A DNA stretch of 64,000 nt from the human T2T-CHM13v2.0 reference genome, Homo sapiens. The notes under the pieces are model-generated. The model was not told where the DNA came from. It was given only the letters and a program-made list of their open reading frames with translations, and ran no database searches. The number at the start of each line of letters is the position of its first letter. The first letter of the stretch is position 1. The stretch lies in assembly GCF_009914755.1 (NCBI RefSeq), contig NC_060933.1; one strand, 5' to 3'. Shown one piece after another: positions 29,708 through 47,345 of this stretch. The translations under genes and the position numbers were made by a program.

Positions 29708-29828
29708 TTTTAGTAGAGACGGGGTTTCACCATGTTGGTCAGGCTGGTCTCGAACTCCTTTCCTCGGGATCCGCTCGCCTCAGCCTCCCAAAGTGCTGGG
29801 ATTATAGGCGTGAGCCACCGCACCCATC
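29412..29828 (-). mobile_element. AluS (Sg-like) with (TG)20 in the middle linker and (TTA)13 in the tail
   Basis: Alu dimer in reverse; (TG)20 at 29665-29704 and (TTA)13 at 29472-29510. Confidence 0.92.
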
Positions 29829-30467
29829 TTCTTTTTAAAAAATATTTTAGTAAAACTATAAGTTAGAAACAGGAAAATCAGAAGTTGGTATTGATATATG
29901 GATATAAATATGGATATAGAGGTCAATATAGATATAGCATGTAAAATGTCTAAAGATATGGTAATATATTGTGTGACCAAGAAAACTAAAAATGCATAAA
30001 TAATTTTACTATCACAATAAGATGGTAAAATAGATTATTAATTTTAAACCTATAAAACACATTTTGGGAAGAGAACAGAAATAGAAATTTTTAATTTAGG
30101 CTTTCAAGCAATATACGGAAGTTGTATTTTCTTTAGCATTTGGCATGTATCCAAACTTAGTGATTCAAATATCAATCCAACAATTCAAGAATTAGATTGT
30201 GAAACAAAGGTGGGCATATACTCATACTGTTATTACAGTTGAGAAATATTGAGCTCGATTTTCCTGACCCCCTTCTCTACTTGCTTTACAATTACCACCT
30301 AGTTTTATACGACATGGCATTTACGTATTGTACCAGTTATAATTTCCCATTAATATTTAATATTCCATAATATCATCATACTTGTTTTAATTTTTTAATA
30401 ACTCACAGTCTTTTACTCATTTTCAAGGGTTCAGTATTGAAATTTGATTCCTTAAATAATACTGTTT

Positions 30468-30472
<5 letters not shown>

Positions 30473-30513
<41 letters not shown>

Positions 30514-30529
30514 TATATATATATATATA
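30473..30529. repeat. Compound (AC)18...(AT)n microsatellite
   Basis: Read directly. Confidence 0.95.
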
Positions 30530-32242
30530 AAACTCTCCTGGCCACCTAAAACTTTAGAATCAATTCGTTACGAATTTTGTATAGATATTTGACCACATCA
30601 ATGTTGTTATAACTCAATAACTAGTCTATACTCTTCTATTTTCCCCTTTACAGGTTTCTCATCACTTAACTTTCATCAGCAACACCAGAACACTAGATTC
30701 TTTCTTTTTTCTTTTTTATAACATGTTCAGGAAAAAGTTAACATAGCTGTCTAGATATTTAGAAGGGCCTGCTGACAGGGATGGGTATTGACTGTCATCT
30801 AGAAATTTTGCTTGAGAACTGTTCCCTCCATCACTAACTGATAAGGTTGTTCCACTGTTCAAGCTTGACGAAACTGTACAAACAATGTGATTCATAATGC
30901 TTTTCTCCTGGCAGTCTAGAATTTGGTAGTAGTAGATAGAAATTGCCATGTAACCAGCTCCCAGAATGCCTTAGACTCTGAGTCTCAAATGGACTTTTTT
31001 TTTTTTTTTTTTGGCAGAAACACTGCACATGTGCTATTACATTTCATTTCTGGGTAACAGGATATTCAGTGTGGCCTCTTCAGGGAAAGCAAGGGAAACA
31101 TACACATAAATTCATTCAAACAGTGCACGTATTTCTCCATCACTAATCCAGCAGTGTATCCTTACTGTGCTGCTGTAATAAATATCATACATGAGGACAA
31201 CTATATCCTGAGCCCCATGTGTTCTTCTAGCAAAGCACTGAACTTCAGGTAGTAGTGGGACCACTGACACAAACGGTGCCAGAGTACTGGCACACAAGAC
31301 CAATGTCCTGAGTATGATTCCTCTGTCTGTAATGGCCCACAAGACATTTCTTGTTAGTTGTCTTTCCATTATCTCAAAATAATGTGGCAAAAGAAAATAA
31401 TGCCTTTTAATTCAATAAAGCACTTCATAATTCTACAAATTGAATTAATATTCTTTAGGATAGTCACTTATATTCAACATCTTAGGTTGATCCTAGAGAG
31501 CAAGACAGACATATAATAAAGAAGAGAGGTTTTGAAATCAAGCATATTTCTCTCTCAGCTTTAAATTCAAATCCCAATGTATTAGTTTAATGAACTTGGA
31601 CAAGTAGGACACAACTTGGAATGGAATGGAAATTTAATATACTGTAATTATTTATTAATGATATTAATCATATTCTTTCTTATCCTTCTACCATCCTGTT
31701 ATTATTCATCAAATATTATATAAAATATACAACCTACACTGGTAAATTCATTAACCTCTTCCATTTTCCCACTTGTGCCACCCCAATCTGGCCTCATTTT
31801 CTCATCTCTAAACTACTGCAATAATCTATTTTGATCTCCAGTTCCTCTCTTTCTAACATATTTCTCTAGATCAGTCTTCCGAAGTGGAAGTTTTTAAATT
31901 CTGTTACAGGTAGCCTTAAAATTCCCCGTCACTATCACAGAGATCAGTGGGGTATATAGGGTGTGGAGAATGGCAAATCACAAATCATATGATCACCAGA
32001 AAAACTCTGCTTTTTATCCATTTTATATTATGCTTCTGTTTGACATCATGTTTGGAGAAAGGCCTTGGTAGCTACAATAAGTCTGTAAAGGCACTAGTTT
32101 TAGCTGACTCAGGATGGAGTCAGATCTCTTGTCAACTCCAGGTTCTTCCCTTTCTGGCCCCAACTTTTATTCCAATGTTCTGTATCACTTCCCTTCCACA
32201 TGAGTCCTTTGCTTGACTCAAAATAATTGGTTCTCTGAGCTC

Positions 32243-32695
32243 TGCTATAGGTTGAATTGTGTACCCCAAATTAATATGTTGAAGCCTAACACACAATGGC
32301 TTAGAATGTGACATAATTTGGAAATAAGATTATTGCAGCTGCAATAGTTAAAATGAGGCCATAGTGATGGGACTCAAATCCAATATGACTGGTGCCCTTA
32401 TAAAAAGGTGACAGTTGGACATTGGCATGCACACAGGGAGCACACCATTGAAGATCAAGGCAGAGATCAGGATGATGCAGCAGAAGTCAAGGAACACCAA
32501 CGACTGACAGCAAACTACCAGAAGCTATGACTGAGGCATGAAACAGAGCCTTCCCTCATGGCCCTTAGAAGAAGCCAATCCTGCTGACATTTTGATCTAG
32601 GACTTTCAGCCTCCAGAACTGCGAGACCATAAATTTCTGTTGTTTAAGCCACCCATATTGTGGCATTTTGTTATGGCAGTTCTGGCAAACTAACA
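32243..32695 (+). mobile_element. MLT1C solo LTR
   Basis: 'tgctataggttgaattgtgtacccc...cagcctccagaactgcgagac...ggcaaactaaca' with TG...CA ends. Confidence 0.88.
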
Positions 32696-33379
32696 GAATC
32701 CTTAAACACACTAAGCACATTGCCATTTCAATGCCTGTTTTCTCTCTGCGATACCGTCTTTAGGGACTCCCTCACCGTTAAGAACTAGTCCAAGTTTCAC
32801 AACCATCACAAACTGTTTTTCTGCTGCCTGAGCTCTTGGCAAACTTCAATTTTTTGAAACACCTAATAGTACTTAATAAGTCACCTGGGAGATATTACAT
32901 GTGACTTTATTAATTAATTAAAAATAAAAGCCAGACTCTTAATATAGTCTTATATATTTAAACACAAAGCTGAATTAGAGTGTCATCATGGCTACTATCA
33001 TCAACATAAAATAACTGTAGTAAATTAGAATGTATATATTGGCTTTGGGAATACCCAAAGATTAGTTTTACAAAATGATAAAATAATAGCTACTATTAAC
33101 AAGGGTAGAGAAGACATTTTCCAATGTAACAAATAATGTATTTCAACTCCTGATATGAATTAAGAAAGAAAGCGATTGGACCTTGCTGCTTCTTGTTTGT
33201 GTATGAATTTAAAAGCCTGCTATTTGGTGATATTCATCTTGCTTTGTTTATAGATAATTTTTGTTTTACTAGCCCGAAAGTACCTAATTATCATTGACAG
33301 ACTTCACAAAGTCCATGCATACTAATGGCATGTACGGATTTTCAAGAGCACTTTGAGAATCTTTTCTTTAATCATCAAA

Positions 33380-34630
33380 ATTTGTTTAGTGTCCTTTTTA
33401 AGATCCCTAGTGGCCTCTTAATTTCAAAACTTAATATTCTGTTTTCACTGCTGTTCCTACTTGAATCTGAAAACCTATTGACATGATTGACCACTCTCTG
33501 GATCTCAAATTGCTTTCTCACTTGGATTTTATTCTCTTTTTTCTTTCCTTTTTTTTTTTTTTTTCTCACTTATCTCACTCGTCTTTTCTTGGTTCCTTCT
33601 CCATTGTCTACCATCTCACCTACTATCAAGAAATCAGTTGCCAAATAAATGCTAGTGACAACCAGGTCTGAACCTCTGGCTCCAAATTCATTCCAGATAT
33701 ACTTTTCCCATGGTTTCTTGGTCAGTATGCAAGCTGGTACATTATAATTACCGTTCTGTCAGTAGCAAAGTAAAGTCTTGTATGTAAATGTCATTTGTGT
33801 GTCTTTCCACCTAAATATTTTACTTTGAATTTGCTAAATTGGCTGACTTTTGGTATTGTTAATAAATAATAATCAATAATTATTATCTCTAGCTTAAAAC
33901 ACCATCATCAGAGAAAACATCTAAACAAAAGCTTATTTGAGAATAAAAATGGTAGTTTGGTTTAGTGGAAATAACCAAATGTTTTTTTTTAAATATTCTT
34001 TCCCTTCACAGTATGACTTTTATGCTGTAGTCACTTGCAAATAATATTGCTGAAAATTAATTTAAAATTGGTGCACTGAAAAGTATAGTTTGATTTGTTT
34101 TTTTGATTTTGATAAGGATGTTTACAGACTTCAGACACCCTCAATGGCTCCCATTCCTCTTGTATAAATGTAAACTTTTTAGACTAGCACTAACAGTTTT
34201 ACATAATCTGACTCAAATCTATTTTTTTTTTTTGGCTCTTTCTTATCTACTGGGACATAATATTTACATTCCAATTGAGATAGCTTATTCAACAACCATA
34301 CAAATACGTGAGCTTCCTACCTCAGTATCTATGACTGTTTTCAAAGATATTCTATGTGGAATAACATACCATTTTTTTCTGTTCCTTCTATCAAAAATTG
34401 TGCCAAATTTTAGTACAAAGCCCACTTTGTCATTGATCTTTCCCCATTAACCTATGTCATATTTGCCCTCTCTTTAGAGTGATAATGATGCCATATCTAT
34501 AGTTATTGAAAATATTTTTTCTACTTAACTGTGGGTTTTTTGAGGTCAAATATCAATGTCTACCTCATCTTACCAAATACAGGGCATAACACTTAGTCAT
34601 CAACCAAATATTGGCAGAACTGAACTGCAT
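33380..34630 (+). mobile_element. L2 fragments
   Basis: 'ttgacatgattgaccactctct', 'acccTcaatggctcccatt', 3' end 'caaccaaatattggcagaactgaa'. Confidence 0.5.
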
Positions 34631-35269
34631 TAAACACAAAGGTCTGTCTTCTGAGCATACAGTTGCAAACTTTAAAATAGAAGAAAGTATTTAGCGATTA
34701 TAAGTAAAAACTAATCTAGTAAATCATTACTGAATGACAGAAATAGTACAAGTAATAACACTTCTGAACAAGAAAGGGTATTATGCTAAAGAGAAAACTG
34801 AAAAAAAATAAGCTGGAACTATAGTGTGCAGATATGATCATTTCCTCAGAGCCAAATTGTACTTTACGTTAGGCAGAGGCACTGGAAATGGAAATTGAAG
34901 TGACCTGGGAAACAAGGCTCTCAGACCTTCCTTTACAAAGAAATGTGCAAAGTAGTTCAGCACTTCTTAGAATAGAGGAGACTGGGAGCACAGAACATTC
35001 AGAAAAGAAAGGAAAGAATAGATCCCTAAAGCTCTATAAGCTACCATCAAATGCAAGATAAAAGAAGTATAAGGTGATACTAGTGTCAAGCAGCACAAAA
35101 CAAGAACAAAAAGAATTGCATTTGTTGGAGGCTGGGCTGCAGAGGAGGTCACAGAAAACTGGCTGTGCTTTCTGGGAGGAATAAAGAGAGTGAGGATGGA
35201 ACAAATCTCTAAGAAAAACAATTGCTGTGTTTTAATTTTGGCCACCTGATGTTACTGTCTAACAGCAAT

Positions 35270-35495
35270 TAGAGAGTCAAAGCTCTGAGATGAAAGACTA
35301 CTGCGTGCATCTCTAAGTTCTGTCCCTTAGACACTAGATACCATAGTGTAACTTTAATGCATCAGCATCCTTCTCCGTAGAATGGGAACAATTGCAGTAG
35401 TTCAGTGCACTATTTCAACAAAGTAAGAGAGTATTCAACCATTCCACATAAAGCCTGTATTGTCAAGTGCTTAACAAATATTGTTTATTATTTTC
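35270..35495 (+). mobile_element. MIR
   Basis: 'aactttaatgcatcagcatccttctccgtagaatgggaacaat...gtgcttaacaaatattgtttattatt'. Confidence 0.55.
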
Positions 35496-36864
35496 AGTCT
35501 TTGAAGTATGTCTAAGATGCCACATTCAGGGTTGAATAAGGAAAATAAATGTAAAAATATAGTAACAAAATAACACATGTAATGTCTCAGAATCCCAAAT
35601 CCGTGACCAACTTACAAATACTTAGAGTGCCATTATGTATTAAATACCTCCCATTATTTTATAATTATATATGAAGGAAGATGTAAGCTATTAAGCACTT
35701 TCTTCATAACTCGGTATCTTTCATAATTGGATCTAATATTTAACTCAGAAGTGTGTGTGTGTGGAATTGTGAAGGGCACAGTAATGGTAGAAAGTCATGG
35801 AAGATGTACTACTTCACAATTTTCTAAAGCTACCTTTAGGATGCAGTAAAGGTGGATTTGATCATTGACCTTACAATTCACACCTGTTTGGAGATTTTCC
35901 CATCGCTTTGTGACATCAAAATACGTGTAATTACAAACTGAAAATCAAAAAATATGCTCAAACAATATAGCACCTTTAATAAGTTAGAGGTGATGAGGAA
36001 AAAGGTTATGCTGTATTCTGGGTTAGCCTCTCTTCAACTACACACCATTCGGTTAGCTATTTCTAATAACTACAGTGATAAAAGTAGACAATGATATAGA
36101 GTAAATAAAAAATATTGAGGCAAAATTCATCACTGAGATAGTTTCTATGAGTGATCAGCAGTTACTACTGGTAATGATTATTCTTAAGACATTGGGTAAT
36201 TTGTGATCTTTTTGTAGATTATGAAGTTAAAAAAAAACTGTACACAGAAAAATGAAAATGATGTGAGACTTTCCAGAAATTATAAGTTTCCTTGTACCAA
36301 ATGTTGCTTACATCCCACCACTTCATTCTGATTTATCATTGTTTAATATATCATTGATTATTCTAAGGCAAATAGATTCTCAGACAGAATGTAATTAAAA
36401 AAAAACTTCAACTATATATTACTTGAGATTCACTCTCTTGAAAATAATTATTCACTTTAATTTAACAAACACCTGCCATATGATGAGGACTACGTTAAAC
36501 ATGGGAATGAGGAGATCCAAATATACTGAAATGGGAACAAATTATTTTAATAGATACAGAATGCTTCTTAAGAAGATAGCTACCTGTGTTGAGAAAAATT
36601 TCAGTACACATACTTGGAGTGGAAATTATTGACTTAGCATGTCCACCATAAGGATAGCTCTGCTATGCTAAGAATATCTGGACCAATTTGTTGGTTGACT
36701 CCAGAAAAAAGTAGAGAACAGAAGATAAATGAGTAAGAGATCAGGTAAGTGGAAGCCCATTCTGTACAGAATATTTTAGTAGGTCATGCTTCTGCTCCTT
36801 CTAACCTTAGAATGAGGTAAATATAATCTGCACATACAAGTGATATATTGAGGCCCAGAGGCCA

Positions 36865-37165
36865 GACAATGACAGCCAACATCTAAGATGACACCAAGGA
36901 GCCCTTCCTTCTGGTGTTTATGCCCTTATGCAATCCCCTCCCACTTTGGCCTGTATGGCCAATAGGATACAACAGAAGTGATGATATGTCACTTCCAAGA
37001 TTGTTACAAAAGCTTGTAGCTTCTGCCTTGGCATTGTCTCTCTTTCATGCCCTCTCGTTACTTGTTCTAGAGGAAGTCAACTTCCATGGCATGAGAACAC
37101 TCAGGCAGTCCATGTAGATATAGAGGCAAAGAATTTGAACTTCCAGCACACAGCCAACGAGGACA
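36865..37165 (+). mobile_element. MLT1F-like LTR, partial
   Basis: 'ctggtgtttatgcccttatgcaatcccctcccac...cagaagtgatgatatgtcacttccaagatt'. Confidence 0.75.
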
Positions 37166-40100
37166 TTCACTGAGGCTGTTTACCATGGTTGGTAAAGTTG
37201 ATAACCTAGAACATGTATGGTGTGGGCAGATTTTGGGGATGGAGATCACTAACGGTGCTGAAGTATATGTCCAGGTGATACAGAGGAGAACTGAAACAGC
37301 ACTCACAGATACTGAAGAGACTAAGCAAATGTCAGAAAGAAAATAAAGAAAAAAAGCTGATGGGGAATTGCAGAAAGTACACCAAATATGGACTAGATTC
37401 CTACAGCTAAAAAACTAGAGTTGTGTCCAATGTTTAACTCTGCAGGTGAGGGTGTTCCCACCTCACATCTAGTTTCAGAAAGGACAAAGCAGATACATAT
37501 ATGAATATAATACAAGAATAAAATATAAAAGCATATACCTGTACGTTATATATAAGTACATAAATGTGTACGTGCACAAATAACATAAATAACTTAAAAG
37601 GTCTGTCTACCAGAATGTAAACTAATATATAATGTATAATATGAAATAACTAATGACTATATAGTATGAAATATAACTATAAGTCCACCATAATAAAAGT
37701 AAATAATATGTAAAGTAGAAAAACAAGTAATATGTTCACCAATAGATAGTAACAAAGTTAATTAGTATGTGCCTGTTTTAAATAATTTTTGAATGAAGAA
37801 TGCTTGAATTTCATAAATGAATTTAATTAATGCTATACTAACATTTATTTGAAAAATACATGATCTGGAAAGATAGTACTTGCATAATCACTGTGCTTAG
37901 TGCTTGTTATGTGATTTTTTGTTGTTGGTAAAATGTGGTGAGTTTAACTACTTTTTTCATATATCACAGTGACATATAAATGAGGGGTGTTGCTATATTA
38001 CATACTTTTTTTCATTCAAGCAATGTTTTATCAAAACTAGTATGTAAAATGGGAATATTTTGTTGAGGGAGCACAGGTTGGGCAGTCTCCACAGCCATCT
38101 ACTGAGCAAAATACTCCAGGCCATGGGTGCCATCCCTGCTGCACACTCACAGCAACACTACCCTGCCCAGAGGTCTCCCAGCCTTGAGCTACTGCATCAG
38201 TACACCACCCACAGACATATACCACAACCAACTCTGACTCTGCCAAGCAAAGAGGACCAGTGGGTCTCCAGAGAGCTGCAGGTCTCCTGGTGACCTTATC
38301 TTTGGCTCTGGCTGCCCCCAAGGGAGAAGGGAGCACAGCCTGACAGGTCCCTCATTGGGGTTAAGGAAATATGGGTGTGGCACCAGTGATTTGGGAGTCC
38401 CTAAGGCCCATGAATGAACTTAATAAGGGGTTCATCTATCCCCGGCTGACCACCAACTTCCCAATGACTGAACACTGCTGCAAATGTGTTAAAATACAAA
38501 ACAGGCAGGCAGCTATGTAAATGCCTAACTGCTGGCCATTGTTCTTAAGTGCTGCCTACTGAGTTGCAGCCTGATTTACACCACCAAAACCATTTTTTTT
38601 CCAGCACGCTTCATCTGTGAAATCCAATGCAGGAATCTAACCACAAATATATATCCCGTACAGATACTTTGCCCTCTGAAAGCATCCAGAAATGAAGCTA
38701 GTCGTGTATATTCAACTTACACCACAGTCAAACTCTTAAGATAAATAAAAATTATATTAAAAAAAAGCCCCATCTAAACAAAAGCAACTGCGAAAAGATA
38801 AGGGAACAGCATCCTTCTCAGATGAGGAAGAATTAGTACATTAACTACGGCAATTCAAAAAGTCAGCATCTTCTTACCTTCAGACAATCACCATGGCTCC
38901 CTATTATATTAGATCCACAGCAGCTCAACCACTGAAATGGCTGAAATGACAGACATATAATTCAGAATCTGGGAGGCAAGGAAGCTCAATAAGATTCAGG
39001 AGAAAGTTGAAACCCAATCAAACGAATCCAGGAAAACGGTCCAACAGCTGAAAGATGACATAGCAATTTTTTAAAAGAACCAAATTGAACTCCTGGAATT
39101 GAAAATTTCACTACAGGAATTCCATAATTTGGTTTGAAGAATTAATAATGGAATAGACCAACCTGAGGAAAGAATCTCAGATCTTGAAGATAAGTCCTTT
39201 GAATCAGCTTAGTCAGGCAAAAATAAAGAAGAAAGAATGTTTAGAAATAAACAAAACCTTTGGAAATTACAGGATTATGTATAGAAATCAAACCTAAGAC
39301 AAACTGGCATTCTTGAGAGAGTAGTAGAGAGATTAAGCAACTTGGAAACAGTATTTGAGGATACAGTCCATACAAGTTTTCCCAATCTCATTAGAGATGC
39401 CAATATGCAAATTCAAAAAATACACAGAACCCCCATGAGACACTATATAAGATGGCCAAACCCAAGATACATAGTCATCGGATTCGCCAAGGTCAATGTG
39501 ATAGAAAAAAATATTAAAGACAGCTAAAAAGAAGTGTCAGATCACTTACAAAGAAAACTCCTTCAGGCTAACAGTGGACCTCTCAGCAGGAACATTACAA
39601 GCCAGGAAAGATGGGGGTCTATATTTAGCATCCTTAAAGAAGCAAAATTTCAACCAAGAATTTCATGTTCAACCAGACTAAGTTCCACAAGTGAAGAAGA
39701 AATAAAATTCTTTTCAGACAACCAAACAACACATAAATTTGTTACCACTAGACTAGTATTACAAGAGGTCCTTAAGGGAATACTAATAATAGAAATGAAA
39801 GAACAGTGCCTGCTATCATGAAAACACACTTAAGTACATTTCAGGCAGACACTATAAAGCAACTACACAATTAAGTCTACAAAAACAACCAGCTAACACC
39901 ACAATGACAGGATCAAAACTCACAGATCAACATTAATCTTGATGGAAATGATCTAAAAACCTGACTTGAAAAGCACAGAATTGTAAGTTGAATTAAAAAA
40001 AAAAAAATAAGGCCCAACCAGCTATTGCCTTCAAGAGACCCACGTCATATGTAATGACACCCACAGGCTGAAAGAAAAGAAATGGAGAAAGACCTATCAT

Positions 40101-40566
40101 GCAACTGCAAAACCAAAAAGAGCACAGGTCGATATTCTTATACTAGATAAAGCACACTTTAAACCAAAAACAGTCAAAAAGGACAGAGCAAGACATTACA
40201 TAACAATAAAATATTCAATTCAACAAGAACACCTAATTATCCTAAATACATATGCAATGCAACATTGGCACTCAGATTCATAAAACAAGTACTTCTTGGA
40301 CTGCAGTAAGATTTAGACAGCTGCACAAGAATAGTGGGGGACTTCAACGTTCCACTAACAGTGCTAGATAGATCATCAAGGCAGAAAACTAACAGAAATT
40401 TTGGACTTAAACTCGACACTTGACGAATTGTTCCTAATAGATATTTACAGAATACTCAACCTAACAACCGCAAAGTACACAGTCTTTTAATCTGCACTCA
40501 GAACATACTCTAAGATCAGTCACAGGCTTAATGATAAAGCAAGTCTAAATAAATTCCAAAAAATAG

Positions 40567-41770
<1,204 letters not shown>

Positions 41771-44378
41771 GAAATCATAACCAAGAATATCTCAAACTGC
41801 ACAACTACATGAAAATTAAACCACTTGCACCTGAATGGCTTTTTGGTAAACAACAAAATTAAGGGAGAAATTGTAAAACTCTTTGAAATTAATAAAAACA
41901 GAAACACAACATATCAAAATCTATGTGATGCAGCTAAAGCAGGATTAAGAGGAAATGTATAGTGCTAAACACCTACATCAAGAACTTAGAAATATACCAA
42001 ATTAATAATCTAACATCACACCTAGAGGAATTAGAAAATCAAGACCAAACTAATCCCAAAGCTAGCAGAAGAAAAGAAACAACAAAAATCAGAGAAGCAC
42101 TGAAGAAAATTGATATGCAAAAATTCATAGAAAAGACCAACAAATTCAAAAGTGTATTTCAAAAAATAAACAAGATGTATAGACCTCTAGCTAGATAAAC
42201 AAAGAGAAAAGAGATAAGATCTAAGTAACCACAATTAGAAAAGACAAAGATGACATTACAACCTATTCCACAGAAATACAAAAGATCCTCAAAGGCTACT
42301 ATGAACACCCCTATCCATACAAACTAGGAAATCCAGAGGACATGAATACATTCCTAGAAACACACAACCTCCCAAGATTGAACCATGAAAAAATTAAAAA
42401 CCTAACAGACCGATAACGAGTTCCAAAATTAAATCAGTAATAAATACTCTAGCAACAACAAAACAAAACAAACAAACAAACAAACAAAAAACAAAAAGTC
42501 CAGGACCAGATGGATTCACAGCCAAATTCTAACAGATGTACATAGAGCTGGTACCAATCCTACTGAAACCATTCAAAAAAATCAAGGGAGGATGCACTAT
42601 TCTCTAATTCTATGAAGCCAACATCATCCTGAAACCAAAATCTCACAGAGACACAATATCAGGACAATATTCCTGATAAGCATAGACAAAACAATCCTTG
42701 ACAAAATACTAGCAAACTGAATCCAGCAGCACATCAAAAAGTTAGTTCACAATGACCAAATAGGCTTTCTTCCTGGGATGCAAGGTTGGTTCAACACATG
42801 CAAATCAGTAAATGTGATTTACCACATAAGCCAAATTAAAAACAGAAACCATATGACCTCAATAGATTCAGAAAAAGCTTTTGATAAAATCCAACATCGC
42901 TTCATGAAGTAACCCTCAGCAAACTAAGCATTGAAGGAACATAGCTCAAAATAATAAGAGCCATCTATGACAAACCTATAGCTAATATCACACCAAATGG
43001 GCAAAACTGCAACCACCCCCCTTGAGAACAAGGCAAAGATGCCCACTCTCACCGCTGCTATTCAACATAGTATTGGAAGTCCTAGCCAGAGAAATCGAGC
43101 AAGAGAAAAAAATAAAGAGGCATCCAAATAGAAAAAGAAGAAGTCAAACTATCTTTCTTCGCTAATGATATGATTCTATACCTGGAAAACCAGGAAGATT
43201 CCCCCAAAAGGCACTTAGAACTGATGAATTACTTCAGTGCAGCTTCAGGATACAAGATAAATGCATAAAATTCAGTGGAACATAACAGTCAAGCCGAGAG
43301 ACAAATTAAGAATGCAAACCAATTTATAATAGCAATGAAAAAAAAATGCCCAGGAATACTGCTAATCAAGGAGATAAAAAAAACTCTACAAGTAGAATTA
43401 CAAAACACTGCTGAATAAAATCAGAGATGATACAAATAAATGGAAAAACATTCCATTCTCATGGATAGAAAAATCAATATTAAAATGCCCATACTTCCCA
43501 AAGCAATTTAAAGATTCAATGGTATTCCTACCAAACTATCAACATCATTTTTCACAGAATTTGAAAAAAAAAGCTATTATAAAATTCATATGGAACCAAA
43601 ATAAAAACCTGAATGGCAAAAGGTATTCCTAAGCAAACAAACAAACAAACGAAATGAGCTGGAGATATGTTATCCTACTTCAAACTGGACTACAAGGGTA
43701 CAGGAACCAAACCATCACAAGGCTAGGACAAAAACCAGACACACTGGCCAGTGGAACAGAATAGAAATTACATGAATAAAGCCCTGTACCTACAACCATC
43801 TGATCTTCAGGAAAGTGAACAAAAATAAGGAATGGGGCAAAGATTCCCTATTCAATAAATACTGTGAGGATAACTGGCTAGCCATATGCAGAAGAATGAA
43901 AGTGAATCCCTATCTATCACCATACATAAAATTAACTTATGACAGATTAATGACTTAAATGAAAGAACTATAAATACAAAATTCTAGAAGAAAATCCAGA
44001 ACATACTTTCTTGATATCAGCCTTGGCAAATAATTAATGGCCAAGTCCTCAAAACTAGTTGCAACAAAAACAAAAATTAACAAGTGGGGCCTAACTAAAT
44101 TAAAGAGCTTCTTCTCAGCAAGAGAGTTTCTCTTGATGTGAAGAAGCTCTGACAATCTGTGCTCAGACAATCTGTGAAGACAAACCATCTGCAGAATGGG
44201 AGAAAATATTCAGAAACTATGTCATATCCAGAATCTATAAACCCCAATATCCAGAATCTATAAGAAATGTAAATTAATCAATAAGCAAAAAACAAATAAC
44301 CCCATGAAAAAGTGGAGAAAGGACATGGACAGCCACTTCTCAAAAGAAGACATACAAGCAGAAAACAATCATTAATAA

Positions 44379-47345
<2,967 letters not shown>

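Noticed and set aside
30716-31390. ORFs 30716-30949 and 31112-31390 (minus strand) in unique sequence as coding exons
   Set aside because: No recognisable domain, no convincing splice-site pair, and lengths compatible with chance.
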